64,000 bases of DNA from Eledone cirrhosa (taxonomy: Eukaryota), in the NCBI GenBank assembly GCA_964016885.1, contig OZ024742.1, positions 228,036,001-228,100,000 on the forward strand, given 5' to 3'. The first letter of the stretch is position 1, and the number at the start of each line of letters is the position of its first letter. The position numbers and the translations under genes were made by a program. The notes beneath the pieces are model-generated. The model was not told the DNA's origin and did not search any database. It saw only the letters and a list, made by a program, of their open reading frames with translations. Shown here piece after piece: positions 24,782 to 36,383 of the stretch.

Positions 24782-25215
24782 ATCATCATCATCATTTTTA
24801 CGTCTGCTTTTCCATGCTTGTATGGGTTGGATGTGTCCTCAGCATGACATCTCTCCACACGTCACAATTCTTTGTCATCATCACCTCTGTGCGTCTCAGT
24901 GATTTGCGGCACTCACAACCTCCGCCCAGGTTTTTCTTGGTCTATCTCTACCGCGACTTCTTTCTACTGGCATTTCCTGGCACTTCTTCACCCAACAATC
25001 ATTGTCTATGCACATCACATGTCCAAACCAACGCAGTCTTCTATCCTGCACACTACCTCGAATTCCTCTTAAACCCAGCTTCTCCTTCAACTCGTCCAAA
25101 CTCAGCCTTTCTCTCACACTTATATTGCACATCTAACAGTGCATGGTTACTTCATTTCCCTCCAGTCTACACACGATCTCTGCTGTCACAGCCCATGTTT
25201 CACAAACATGCAGCA
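24782..25215 (-). mobile_element. RTE LINE 3' fragment
   Basis: RRLRWFGHVM...GRDRPRKTW and a (GAT)n tail at 24782-24795. Confidence 0.8.
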
Positions 25216-25735
25216 TCTACTATCTTATTTGAAGGTACATCGAAGGCCTGAGGAACTCAGTCCATATTTCCTATCTGTAAGAAGCCCAGTTTCCTAGAAT
25301 TAATGACAAACCTGTGGAATTCAGTGATTTTATCCTCATATTCAGCTGCCATTTTTTTGTTCTGGCTCATATACATAGGTTATTTCTCTGCATAAATCTA
25401 GTGCACCATAAAGTCACTGATGTCTCTGTTCATTGCTATCCGTCTCAATTGATTTACCATCATTTTGGTAGACAGTGTATGGCCTGAACTCCATTCAATA
25501 CCCATGTATTTAGTTCCTCTTCAACTTCTGGCCATTTTACAATCCCTCTACGTAGATTGTGTTTACTATGATGAGCATCTATTAGCTGCTCCTCTTGTTT
25601 TCCCCAACTAAGGATAATTTTTTTTTTGGGGGGGGGGTTGGTGGTAGCCCAAAGTACCACCCTACTGCCCCATTTCCATCTTTCTTCACATACACAATGA
25701 CATTGAGCTTGAACGCAATTTGTAGCACAAAAGGC
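25215..25735 (-). pseudogene. pogo/Tigger transposase N-terminal fragment
   Basis: AFKLNVIVY..GN (Brinker-like DNA-binding start), KWPEVEEELNTWV, IGNMD*VP.AFDVP (first DDE aspartate motif). Confidence 0.7.
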
Positions 25736-26080
25736 ACCCAGCCCACACTGTAAAGTGGCAGTGTAGGTGTCACGACAAAAAGTGCCCAGCCCACACTGTA
25801 AAGAGAGCATGAGGTGACACAACAAAAAACCCCACCCCCAGATCTACCTCCTCCCCACCCAAATCCCTAGCCCACACTGCAAAGTGGTTGGGTAGGTGAC
25901 ACTACAAAAAGTACCCAGCACACACTGTAAATGTGGTTGATGTTAGGAAGGGCATCCATCTGTAGAAACCAAGTCTAAACCAGTTTTGTATGAGCAAGAC
26001 ATGGTCATCAGAATAAAAGGGCAGCTCGTCTAACCCATGCTAGCATGGAAAAAAAAATGGACGTTAAATGGTGACGATAA
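25736..26080 (+). mobile_element. RTE LINE 3' UTR fragment
   Basis: CCCACACTGTAAA sub-repeats, AGGAAGGGCATCC and GGACGTTAAA, shared with the other RTE ends. Confidence 0.75.
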
Positions 26081-26665
26081 TGTCTACCTTAATTTTGAGC
26101 CATGGGTGAGTCACCAGAATAAAATCAAAATGCAAGAATATCGCAATCTCTAACTCTGATTAGAACAGCCATGAAGTATGTCACTTGTTGGTTTGGGTTA
26201 CAAAAACTAGAAGTAAGATTTTAAACTTTTGGCTGTCTCCTGTGATGTTTTGGCGAATTCACTCGTTTTAATGTTTTAAGTATTTTAAATGTCCACCTCA
26301 ACACACACACACACACACACACATATTCAGTTCTTTTGTGTTAGTTAATCCGTTGTTGGTTTTCAAGTTGTACTCGTTGATTAACTAATCTATGTGTAGA
26401 CAGGTTTGAGCACTCAACGAAGTTTACTTTCCAAGTTGTGATGTAATCATCATGCTGGTCCGCGTACCTCGAAGTACCAGTATAATAATGAAGAAGTCAT
26501 CTTAATCAATAACATGATGTCGTATTCAAGCACTTGATACGTGCAAGTATAGTGTAATATATATATATATATATATATATAAAAAAAGAGGGTGGGGTAA
26601 GATACCAGATGGACCATAACGCACCAGAGTACTCGATACTTGATGTAGTAGAGTGGGTAATATGA

Positions 26666-26769
26666 AAAGATTCAGGATCCCAACGACTGAGCTCAGGCCG
26701 TTTCGACAGCTAGAACCGAACAGATCTAGCTGTCGAAACGGCCTGAGCTCAGCAGTCAGGGTCCTGAAT

Positions 26770-26773
<4 letters not shown>
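26666..26773. repeat. Imperfect inverted repeat related to 22700-22740
   Basis: CTGAGCTCAGGCCGTTTCGACAGCTAGA...TCTAGCTGTCGAAACGGCCTGAGCTCAG, ending in (TA)n. Confidence 0.8.
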
Positions 26774-26822
<49 letters not shown>

Positions 26823-26973
26823 CATACACACACGTGCATGTTGACAATGAGTATTTGTAGATAGCAGAAACTAATTACAAATCCACAACAGAAACAAACA
26901 TTAAAGCAAGATGAAACAGATATATAACATATAGAAAGGACTAGATAGAAATATGTTTATATTTCGTCTCACC

Positions 26974-27135
26974 TGTTGTTGTTTCAGGTGTTGTTGATGA
27001 TGATGAAGATGTAGTTGTTGCTAAAGACTCCGCGGTGTTTAATAATAGTTCTTTGTCGGAACCCAGGTCGGAAATAGATGTATTTTTCATTATTAATTCA
27101 CTCTGACTTCCCTGAGCAACATTTAAAGAAGACAT
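26974..27135 (-). CDS. Possible host-gene coding exon (Ser/Thr-rich)
   Basis: MSSLNVAQGSQSEL...TTT followed by donor CAG|GTGAGA. No recognisable domain. Confidence 0.3.
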
Positions 27136-27272
27136 GCTATTTCAAACTTTACTGTTATTAAATTTTTAGTGGTTCGTTTTGGGTTTAGGATTAGTTTAAA
27201 ACGAGTGAGGCAACGATGTAATGTAATGTATGTTGTCATAAGTAAATATGTATATATAGTAAGCTTTATATA

Positions 27273-27311
<39 letters not shown>

Positions 27312-28110
27312 TTTGTTGGTGTAAAAGCAAAATAAAATACGATGTGTGTGTGTGTTTAAAAAGCAAAGTATAAAAACAAACTGATTCCCCAATAATTTGG
27401 AATGTTTGATAAAGATTATAATGCAATACAGTGTAACAACAAGGATTTGATCTCTTGAAAATTGAGGGGAGGAGATAATCAATCAGCTAGAAATATCGGC
27501 TGCTCTGTAGGAAAAAAAAAATCAGCTACGTGTATTGTACGTGGGTATCTTTGTACGTACGTATATATATATATATACATGTACGAACGTGTAAATGCGT
27601 GTACGTGTATGTTTTTATGTGTATGATGAAAGTGAAAACGTAATAAAAATTTGGATGTGCTTGACACGTTAATAGTAGCAGCTATTAACCTAGAGATAGT
27701 TATATATATTTACTTAATTAGTAGGTGAAAGATGAGCTGAGATAGAAAATCAAACAAGTCATGCAGCACACAAACACATATATATATATAAATATACAAA
27801 TTTACACACGTATGTATGTATATGTGTGTGTGTATGTATTAGTAGGCACAGCTTTTCTTTTAAACGTTATAATCAAAACACAACTGTGCTCCAGTTTGAT
27901 CATTTTCGTCATGAGAAATCCTTAACACAAACTGAAGCACAGTCGTGTTTTCAATATAACACACACACGTGTGTGTGTATATATATATCTAAATGTTTGC
28001 TATGAGGAAAGTAGACAACAACAATAACAACAACGGCGAATGAATACCTGTCCTGGTCTTAAATATAACCCCTTCCTTGGGTGTGTTTCATTCGGTATCT
28101 TTCTTCAATG

Positions 28111-28620
28111 CCAAACATTCATCAGTGTGTTGGGGAGGAAAATATTGAAGTGTTTAGCAGATACGGAAGATCGAAAGCATCACAACTGCTTGAAGGAAAA
28201 AGAACAACAACAAAAGCTAGTTACCATTCGTCAGTATATATTGGAAAAAATAGTATTGAAATGTTCAGCAGATAATGTTTGAACTTAAGAAAAGCTTGAA
28301 TGCTTGTAACCAAACAGTCATTAAGGTGTTTGAAAGGAAACATTTAAAGTGTTCAGTAAATATGAAAGATCGAAACCATCACAATGTTTAGGAAAAACCA
28401 ACAACTGATTCAATGCCAGTTACCAAACATTCATCAACGTGTTCGGGAGGAAAATATCAAAGGGTCCAGTAGATACGGAAGACCAAAAGTATCACAACTG
28501 TTTTATACCTACCTCTACTCCCACAAATAACACCGGGGAAAGGCTTCAAAGTCAAGCATTCGTCAATGTATTCGAAAGGGTGATTTTGAATTGTTCAACA
28601 AATACGAAAAATCAAAATTG
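28111..28620 (+). repeat. Degenerate ~100-130-bp tandem repeat
   Basis: Recurring CCAAACATTCATCA..GGAGGAAAATAT..AGATACGGAAGA..CATCACAACTG. Confidence 0.6.
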
Positions 28621-29261
28621 TGATGAGAAAAAGAACGATGTTTGGCTGAAACGTAATGTTCACATAGGTTAAAGTATTATTTTATTCGATGGAGAAAATT
28701 CTTCTCGAAATAAATAAAAAAATTATAAACGAAATAAATTCATAGAAAATATAGGAATCCAAAATACAAAAAAATAACTGACTACAACTGACTGCTATAA
28801 ATAATAGCTAAGAAAGCTGGAATTTGAAGAATATGGAATTTGATTCTGGGTAACAGCTGTTGACCACTTTTTATCGTCTATAGGGATATTTTACCTTACT
28901 TTTAATAATGGGAAATTTTCTTTTCTTATTTAAAAACAATAAAAACTGATTGTAATATATGAGAAAGAAATCCAGGACAAATGTCCACTACTTTAATGAT
29001 TCTGCCGATCTGTCGACCGCCTAAGAACGTGAGGCGAACTAATAAAAGCATCTATATTCCTTGTTGGTCACCCACTGGACAATGCAATTTCATGCATAAG
29101 GGCGAGATTGTATCATAGTGAGTCAGAGTTGCACGACATCCGGGAAGATACATATGAGAAAAAGCAACAATATAAAGACAGAAGAACGAAATGTCATTCT
29201 ACTAGGTGAAGCAAGTACGTAAACAAATAACGATTTCTAATTTAAGGGAAAGTAAGTCATC

Positions 29262-29400
29262 AACCCCAATACTATGCTGGTACTTTATCTTATTGACGCC
29301 AGAAGAATGAAAGGCAAAGTTGAACTCAGAATGTAAAGGATCATAACTAAATACCAGAAAGCATTTTGTCTGATGCTCTAATGATTCTGCCAATCGACTG
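29262..29400 (-). mobile_element. tRNA-derived SINE (Nin/Deu-like core)
   Basis: Minus strand TGGCAGAATCATTAGAGC...GAGTTCAA...CTTTCATTC...GTACCAG. Confidence 0.7.
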
Positions 29401-29670
29401 TTCTTACATAAAGAAAGAATAATAAAATTCTTATGATTGAAAACAGAATATGGTACAGGCAAGTTGTGCAAATAGTATGGCAGGAGGAGGGAAATATAAA
29501 TAGACTTTCGTAAAAAAAGTAAATATATAGGAGAACAGACAAACATGTCTTGTCTCTTTCAAAGTGAGAAAGAGTAAGAAATTGCTGACTAGAAACTGAG
29601 CTTGTATCAACAAACTGAAGGAAGAGAAAATAAGGGAGATATATATGTATATGTGTAAGGCTTACAGGTA

Positions 29671-30056
29671 TATCATCATCATCATCATCACTGTTTAACG
29701 TCAATTTTCCACACTAGCATGGGTTAGATGAGTTGCCCCGTTTTGAGACAAGCCAGGTCCAATGACCATCACTTGCTCATACAGGACTGGTTTTGGCTTG
29801 GTTTCTATAGCTGGATACACTACCTAAAACCAACCACATTTACAATGTGCTGGGTGCTTTTTGTCGTGACACCTACACGACCATATTACTGTGTGAGCTT
29901 GGGTGGGTGGCGTGTTCAGGTATGGGTAGAGTGTTAGGACATGGGAGGGGTGAGTTGTTAGGGCATGGAGGTGTATGGAAGGGGAAGGTAATGCTTACAA
30001 GATGTATGCTTCAGCCTGTGTCATCGCCTTTGGGAGGCGCAGTTGTGCAAGGTCAG

Positions 30057-30095
<39 letters not shown>

Positions 30096-30350
30096 TCATT
30101 TTACGTCCACTTTTCCCTGCTTGCAAGGGTGGGACGGTAACTAATTCTGGCTTGATTTCTACAGTTGGATGCCCTTCCTAACACCAACCTCATTTACAGT
30201 GTGTGCTGGGTGCTTTTTTTCCGTGCCGTCTGTATGTCCACTTTACAGTGTGGGCTGGGGGCTTTTTTTCCGTGCCGTCTGTATGTCCACTTTACAGTGT
30301 GGGCTGGGGGCTTTTTTTGCCGTGGCACCTCCACGACCACTTTGCAGTGG
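29671..30350 (-). mobile_element. Two RTE 3' UTR fragments
   Basis: (CAT)n tails at ~29673 and ~30093. TTTACAGTGTGGGCTGG sub-repeats. Confidence 0.75.
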
Positions 30351-30384
30351 AATGATAGGGACCCCAGTTCTATCATCTCATTTC

Positions 30385-30520
30385 TACAGCTGAGTAAACT
30401 AGAGCAATGTGAAATAAAGTGTCTTACTCAAGGACACAACACATCACCCAGTCTGAGAATTGAACTCACAACCTTTCGATTGCAAGGCCAATGCTCTAAC
30501 TACTAAGCCATGTACCTCCA
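30385..30520 (-). mobile_element. tRNA-derived SINE
   Basis: A box TGGCTTAGTAGTTAGAGC, B box GAGTTCAATTC, then GTGTCCTTGAGTAAGACACTT. Confidence 0.7.
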
Positions 30521-31233
30521 TAAATATATATGTATATATAAGTATAATATGGTACGGGGAAAAACCTGGCAGGAAGAAGTGGACAGAAGGAGAAATTTAT
30601 TGAGTGTTCAATCTTTAACATATGTTTCTGGACAATAACATAACTGTCTACATGCACTGACTATATTATACATTGTTCATTTGTATGCATTAGATGTCTA
30701 TGATTGTACGTCATCAAAAAGAAGTTAACAGGGAAGAAGAAAAAATTGGTTATACTCTGAGGTGTGGGTACTACATTTCTTACTGCTAACAAAGCTAAAG
30801 TACAAAACATTGGTATATAGAGAAATTCAGAATCAAAATATAATAAACAAATAAAAAAAAAATAGTAAACAAAAATAGTACGCAAAAAATAACTAAAGAA
30901 TAAATACATGAATTACAATAAATATAGCAAGTATAGATACAAAATTTGTAAGTGGGGGGAGGAATTACAATCCAAATGATTCTTGTTCTTCCTGGTGCTA
31001 TATGTATACTTATAAATACCCCGTGATTTTTTCCTTGGAAAATGTAGCATAATCTTTTTAACTGAATACCTATGCTACACACTACAAGGAAAATGTTGAG
31101 GAAAAAATATTTGGTAAGCAGTCCTTCATATTTATTTTGTTTGTGCATTCACCTCAAACATAATTGATTTGATCTATACAAACGAAATTTAATTTATCTT
31201 CTCATATATATATATATATATATTCATATAAAA

Positions 31234-31330
31234 TTTGATCCCACTGTGTGACATCTTGGGCAAGTGTCATTTACCATAGCCTCTGGTTGACCCATGCCTG
31301 GTTAGATGGAAACTGTTTGGAAGTCTGCCA
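31234..31330 (+). mobile_element. SINE fragment
   Basis: CCCACTGTGTGACATCTTGGGCAAGTGTC..TAGCCTC..GATGGAAACTG resembles a common octopus SINE body (recognised from memory). Confidence 0.5.
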
Positions 31331-32054
31331 GATGAACTGTACCTGTAATTCAAAGGGATAGACAGCCTTGTCACATACAGTGTCTTGCCAAGAAGTATAT
31401 TATGGGTACACATGCCACTTATACATCAATTTAATGAACAGGCTGAACCATTGATTAAACAACTGAAATATTTATCGTCAAAACCAATGGAGGTTCATTC
31501 ATTTCATTCAACAAGTCATCATCATCAATTGTCATTCATTTTCCCTGGTTGCAAGGGTTAGATGAGTCTTCACAGACAGCCAGTATTCAAGCTGAGCCAC
31601 TGACTTCTGTGATGAACCAGGGTCTATGTTTATATAGAAACGTAATGTCAGAAGCACCATCATTTGTACTAAAAGGTGATATTTATAACTTATAAAATCT
31701 TTTATATATATTCTTAAAAAAACAATCACGAATGACATTTAACTTGCAGACTAGCTGAGCACTCGATTAATTCTGCAACATATTAACTTACATATATATC
31801 TGTTACCTTTACAACAGATGTTCTAGATTGGGCCAACATCCAATTCATTGCAAGCTGGTCTATCCAACCATTAATATCAACCAGTAAATCATTTAACCCT
31901 TTAGCATTTAAACCAGCCATATCCGGCCAGAATTTTCTCACCTCTTTCTGTTCAAACCAGCTGTAACTGGCTGCTCACACTGACGTTAAGGTATTATTCT
32001 CAAAATAAATAATATCAAAATCTCATAGATTCGATATTATGTGAGATAAAGGTA

Positions 32055-32230
32055 ATTGTTTCTACTTTAGGCACAAGGCCAGCAATTACCCAGTACATTA
32101 CTGGTACTTTATTTTATCGACCCCGTAAGGATGAAAGGCAAAGTCAACCTCGGCGGGATTTGAACTCAGATTGTAAAGGGACATAACTATGCTGGAAAGC
32201 ATGGCGTCCGACCCTCTACCGATACTGTCA
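32055..32230 (-). mobile_element. tRNA-derived SINE (Nin/Deu-like core)
   Basis: Minus strand GAGTTCAAATCCCGCCGAGGTTGACTTTGCCTTTCATCC..GGGGTCGATAAAAT..GTACCAG. Confidence 0.75.
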
Positions 32231-33070
32231 GTGAGATAAAGATAATGTCAAGATGTATTAAATTCTTATCCCCACTCCTATTAAAAATAAAAACACTGGG
32301 GTATGATATTTTAAGCCTTATGAGTGGGTACAAATGGCCTTGAATTATATATTATCAAACAGGTGAAAAGGAGATAATATTTCAAATATAGCCAATGTTT
32401 CAATTAATTGTGAAAACTAAAAAAAGAAAGAAAAAAATTGGAAGTATTTTTTGTAAATTAATTAAATTTTTCATTTGCATAGGAGAGCTTGTAACTTCTT
32501 TGGCTTCTAACAGATGTTGGTTTCCAAAGCACTAAAGGAGACACATCTTCATTTGAGGCACGATGGCAATGACCTGAAAATCTCACTGCCCTCTTTCACA
32601 CAATATAAGAAATATGACGGAGACCATCTTATATTTTTCTAAAAGTCTTATGTTTACTAATATACCTAATTTTCTCATTATCAATCTAGTGTTGGAACAT
32701 AACAAAGGTTCTTACATAAAATAAACATATTTGTATCATAAAACCAGGATTAGTTTTAGGCAGTTTCATGTCAACAGGATTAAAGAGAAGAAAATAAATT
32801 TTTTCATTTTTATTAAAACCAACACACACTTATGACTTCCAGCTTGTTTATCAATTATCTGTCATTTTGTTTTTTGTGACAAACATCAATTTTGTAAATG
32901 ACAACTATCAAATATTTATTGATCTATCATTGATTATATATTGGAATGTTGCTATTTTAGAAGATAGTATTAGTACAGATAATAGTTGTTGAAATAACAA
33001 GAATGGCTTTTTGGTTTATATACAAAGGTTTACTTCATTGAAGTCAAAGAAAGGACAATAAACATATTAC

Positions 33071-33288
33071 CACTAGTTGTGAAGGTTGACGATGGAATGG
33101 TGTGGTTGGCTCATGAGGCTGTTGGTAGTAAAAAGAGTTGCTCTTAACATGTTCACTGGAGTAGGTTGGTATTTGCACTCCACGTGTCGTGGGTGAAGGC
33201 TGAAGTGGAGGAGGCGAAGTCGCCTCCGTTCTCCATTTCTGGATTTCACCACTAGGGGTCATTACACTATCTCTGCACCTTCTCTCTC
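33071..33288 (-). CDS. Possible host-gene exon (Pro/Ser-rich)
   Basis: Open frame ...MTPSGEIQKWRTEATSPPPLQPSP...SQLV between an AG acceptor and a GTAAT donor. Non-repetitive sequence. Confidence 0.3.
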
Positions 33289-33439
33289 TTTCAATGTCAA
33301 ATTCAGTGGAACAAATTTAATCATCTGACTTGTCTCGTCTCAGAACGTTATAACCCATCCAGCCTATGCCAACATGGAAAACAGATGTAAAACAGTAAAA
33401 CAGGGATGATCATGATATATATAAATATATATACATTAG

Positions 33440-34040
33440 TAAGCATTCTAACCATCCAACAAGCATAACCAAAAATCTGGTCAAAAACATCTCATTGAGG
33501 CTTTCTCGTTTATCAGCTAATGAGTATATCTTCACCGATCATTCCACATATTACAACGAAGCTCTAGCTTGGAGTGGATTTATAGATAAGGTAGAATACA
33601 CTAAGTACGAGCAAAAACCTAGAAAAAATAAATCCTGACACATTATATGGTATAATACACCATATAATAAGGAAGTGGCCACACCAATAACTAAAAACTT
33701 TCTTTAATTAGAAAGCATTTCCCCTTTGCACATAAATATCACAACATTTTTTAATAGAAATACAGTTAAAATATCCTGGCATGCAACATCCCTGCATCTA
33801 ATTTAGCAAAATTACCTAGCCGTAATATAAACAATCCAGAAGTTAGTTCTAACTGTAATTGTAGGAATAGGGACTACTGCCCACTAGCTGGGAAATGCCT
33901 ATCTAGCAATATAGTTTAGAAATGTAAGATTGACACCCACCCACAACTAGTAAGGCTTACATAGGGTTAACTGCCAATAAATTTAAGCAGCATCTGTACA
34001 TGCACTCTCATTCATTTTGTAACCCTTTAAGAAGGAATGA
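33440..34040 (+). pseudogene. PLE fragment (RT thumb, CxC linker, GIY-YIG start)
   Basis: SNHP.SITK, IIWYNTPY, IFNRNTVKIS, CNCRNRDYCPLAGKCL, YIGLT..FK. Stops and frameshifts. Confidence 0.8.
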
Positions 34041-34044
34041 CTTC

Positions 34045-35170
34045 ACTTTCGCTCTATGTGGCATTTGTTGATTTGGAGAAGGCTTTTGACAGAGTCCCCC
34101 ATGCCATAATCTCCTAGGAAACTAGGAGTAGATGTGTGGCTTATGAAGGCTGTAAAAGCCATGTATAGGTGAGCAGTCAGCAAAATTAGGATTAACAACG
34201 ATTATAGCAAGGAATTTAGTGGGCAGGTTGGCATCCACCAGGGCTCTGTTCTTAGCCCTCTCCTGTTTATTATCAGAATGCAGGCTATAACAGGGGAGTT
34301 TAAAATTGGCTGCCTATGGGAACTCCTGTACACTGATAACTGAGTCTATGGTAGAATTGGAGAAAAAATTCCAAACATGGAAGCACAGCCTAAAAACAAA
34401 GGGTCTTAAAGTCTACCTGACAGAGACTAAGGTCCTAATAAGTAGAAGGGAAAACAGAGTCCTGTAGGAATGTGTAGGTAGAAACTCCATCCTCTGTCCC
34501 AAATGCAAACTATGGGTACACAAGAGATGTAGTGGGACCTCAGGTAGTCTAGCTAAGAACATAGGTTTTACATGTAGCTGTTGCACCAGAACAGTTAACT
34601 GACCACAGGAAACAAGTGCTATCAAATTCTGGAAAGGTTCGGTAGAAACAGTAGACAGCTTCTGCTACCTGGGTAACCAAATTAGCAGCGGAATTGGGTG
34701 TTCTGAAAGTACAGTAGCCAGAGTGAGAATGGGATGGGAAATGCTCAGGGAGCTACTACCACTGCTAGCTACAAAAGGCTTTCCCCTAAAAATGAAAGGC
34801 AGACTGTGATGCACCACCTTCACCACCACCGCAACCCACTCTTCCATACACCTCCAATGAGCACAGGTTGAAGCATACATAGTGTGCTCCACCCCACCCC
34901 TCACACACTCCCAAAATACCCACCTCCGATATCCCCACACACCTCTCCCACCAAAGTCCACAGCCCTCACTGTAAAGTGGTCATGATAGTGACAACACAA
35001 CAAAAAGCAACCACCCCACACTGTAAAGTGGTTTTGTAGGTGTCATGACAAAAGGTATCCTGCCCACACTATTACATGGTCATGTAGGTGTCATGGCAAA
35101 AAGTACCCACCCCACACTGTAAAGTTGTTGTGTAGGTCTCACGACAAAAAGCGCCCAGTATTCACAGAAA
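34045..35170 (+). mobile_element. Decayed RTE LINE fragment
   Basis: [36 protein letters not shown] and 3' UTR sub-repeats. Confidence 0.85.
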
Positions 35171-35406
35171 ATGTTGTCGATAAACACTTTTAAACAAACA
35201 GCTTCATATTCTATAACCAGGTGTTTGGTATTAAAAGTGTTAATCCAGCAACTCCAGCATAGTCAAACTAGGTCAGATTTATAAATCAGAAATCATTAAA
35301 GTAAATATCGAAAAATAATTTGTTTGATGTTCTTGTCAATCAATAAAACATTAATGGTCTCATCCTATACAAAACAATACATTAAAACACCACATGTTAT
35401 ATAAAT

Positions 35407-35508
35407 AATTGTTTCTACTTTAGGCACAAGGCCAGAAATTACCCAATGCATTACTGGTACTTTATTTTATCGACCCCGTAAGGATGAAAGGCAAAGTCAA
35501 CCTCGATA
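35407..35508 (-). mobile_element. SINE partial copy
   Basis: Near-identical to 32055-32152. Confidence 0.7.
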
Positions 35509-35687
35509 AATAATGCATTTCAAGATGGCATATGAGCACTAATATGTTACAACGTGGACTGTGTACTGTAACATTAGCATGACAATTGTACAGAGGGGTA
35601 ACATTGCATTTTATCATTGCATCAAAGATAATGTAAAATTTAGAAATTTACAACAACAAAAAAGTGTCATTATTAATACCACTAGGT

Positions 35688-35832
35688 AGGGCTGTGGATT
35701 GGCAGTATCAGTAGAGCATCGGACAACATAGTTTGTAACATAGAGTTACAGTTTTTTATGGTCTAAGTTCAAATCCCACCGGGGTTAGCTTTACCTTTTA
35801 TCCTTATGGGGTCGATAAAATAAAGCACCAGC
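35688..35832 (+). mobile_element. tRNA-derived SINE
   Basis: TGGCAGTATCAGTAGAGC, GTTCAAATCC, GGGGTCGATAAAATAAAGCACCAG. Confidence 0.7.
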
Positions 35833-36009
35833 TGTTGATTATTTTCAAAGTTATTTGAAAACAATAAACAGATTTTTCATTAAAAATATGGTTAACGAAA
35901 ATATTATTTATCTAAAAACCTTCCATAATTTTATGTTAGAAGATTTGTTCAGTTATGTTAAATTCTTGAATATTTTCAAAATCATTTGAAAATCATAGGC
36001 AATGTCTTT

Positions 36010-36190
36010 TGTAGTTAAACATGTAGCAGTGGAGATTTCCAGCATTCTTGACCCTTGGACCACATCCCTGCTCACTGCTATCGGAGTGGATCTGGCTACC
36101 AGCAAATGCAAGCTCCATGTGGAGTGGCTGTTCTAGTGTTTCCCTCACCATCCTCCGGTGCAATGTTTCCAGGACCACATGGCAGACTCT
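36010..36190 (+). pseudogene. Possible CRE-clade LINE C-terminal (restriction-like endonuclease) remnant
   Basis: VAVEISS.LDPW..LL.AIG..LA..WLF* then SLTILRCN resembles the AVET.G.WG...LFQRLS.AIQRGN consensus. Confidence 0.4.
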
Positions 36191-36383
36191 CTCTATGATA
36201 TGCTGTTTGTATACTATGTTTTATTTTACCAGTTGTGTATAATGTAATTATTATATATAAGAGTTTAGGGTTCCCAACAATATTTGAATGCTATTGTTTA
36301 CAATGTATATTTTTTTGCTCTATCACTGAAATTCCTGGACATATTAGGTATAGATTATTTGACTCTGATGAACTTATTCTAAC

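Noticed and set aside
28085-28130. Minus-strand CTGATGA hammerhead candidate
   Set aside because: GAAA and the cleavage site are not correctly placed; it is part of a degenerate repeat.
29262-35832. tRNA genes at A/B box motifs
   Set aside because: Degenerate and fused to SINE bodies; no cloverleaf.
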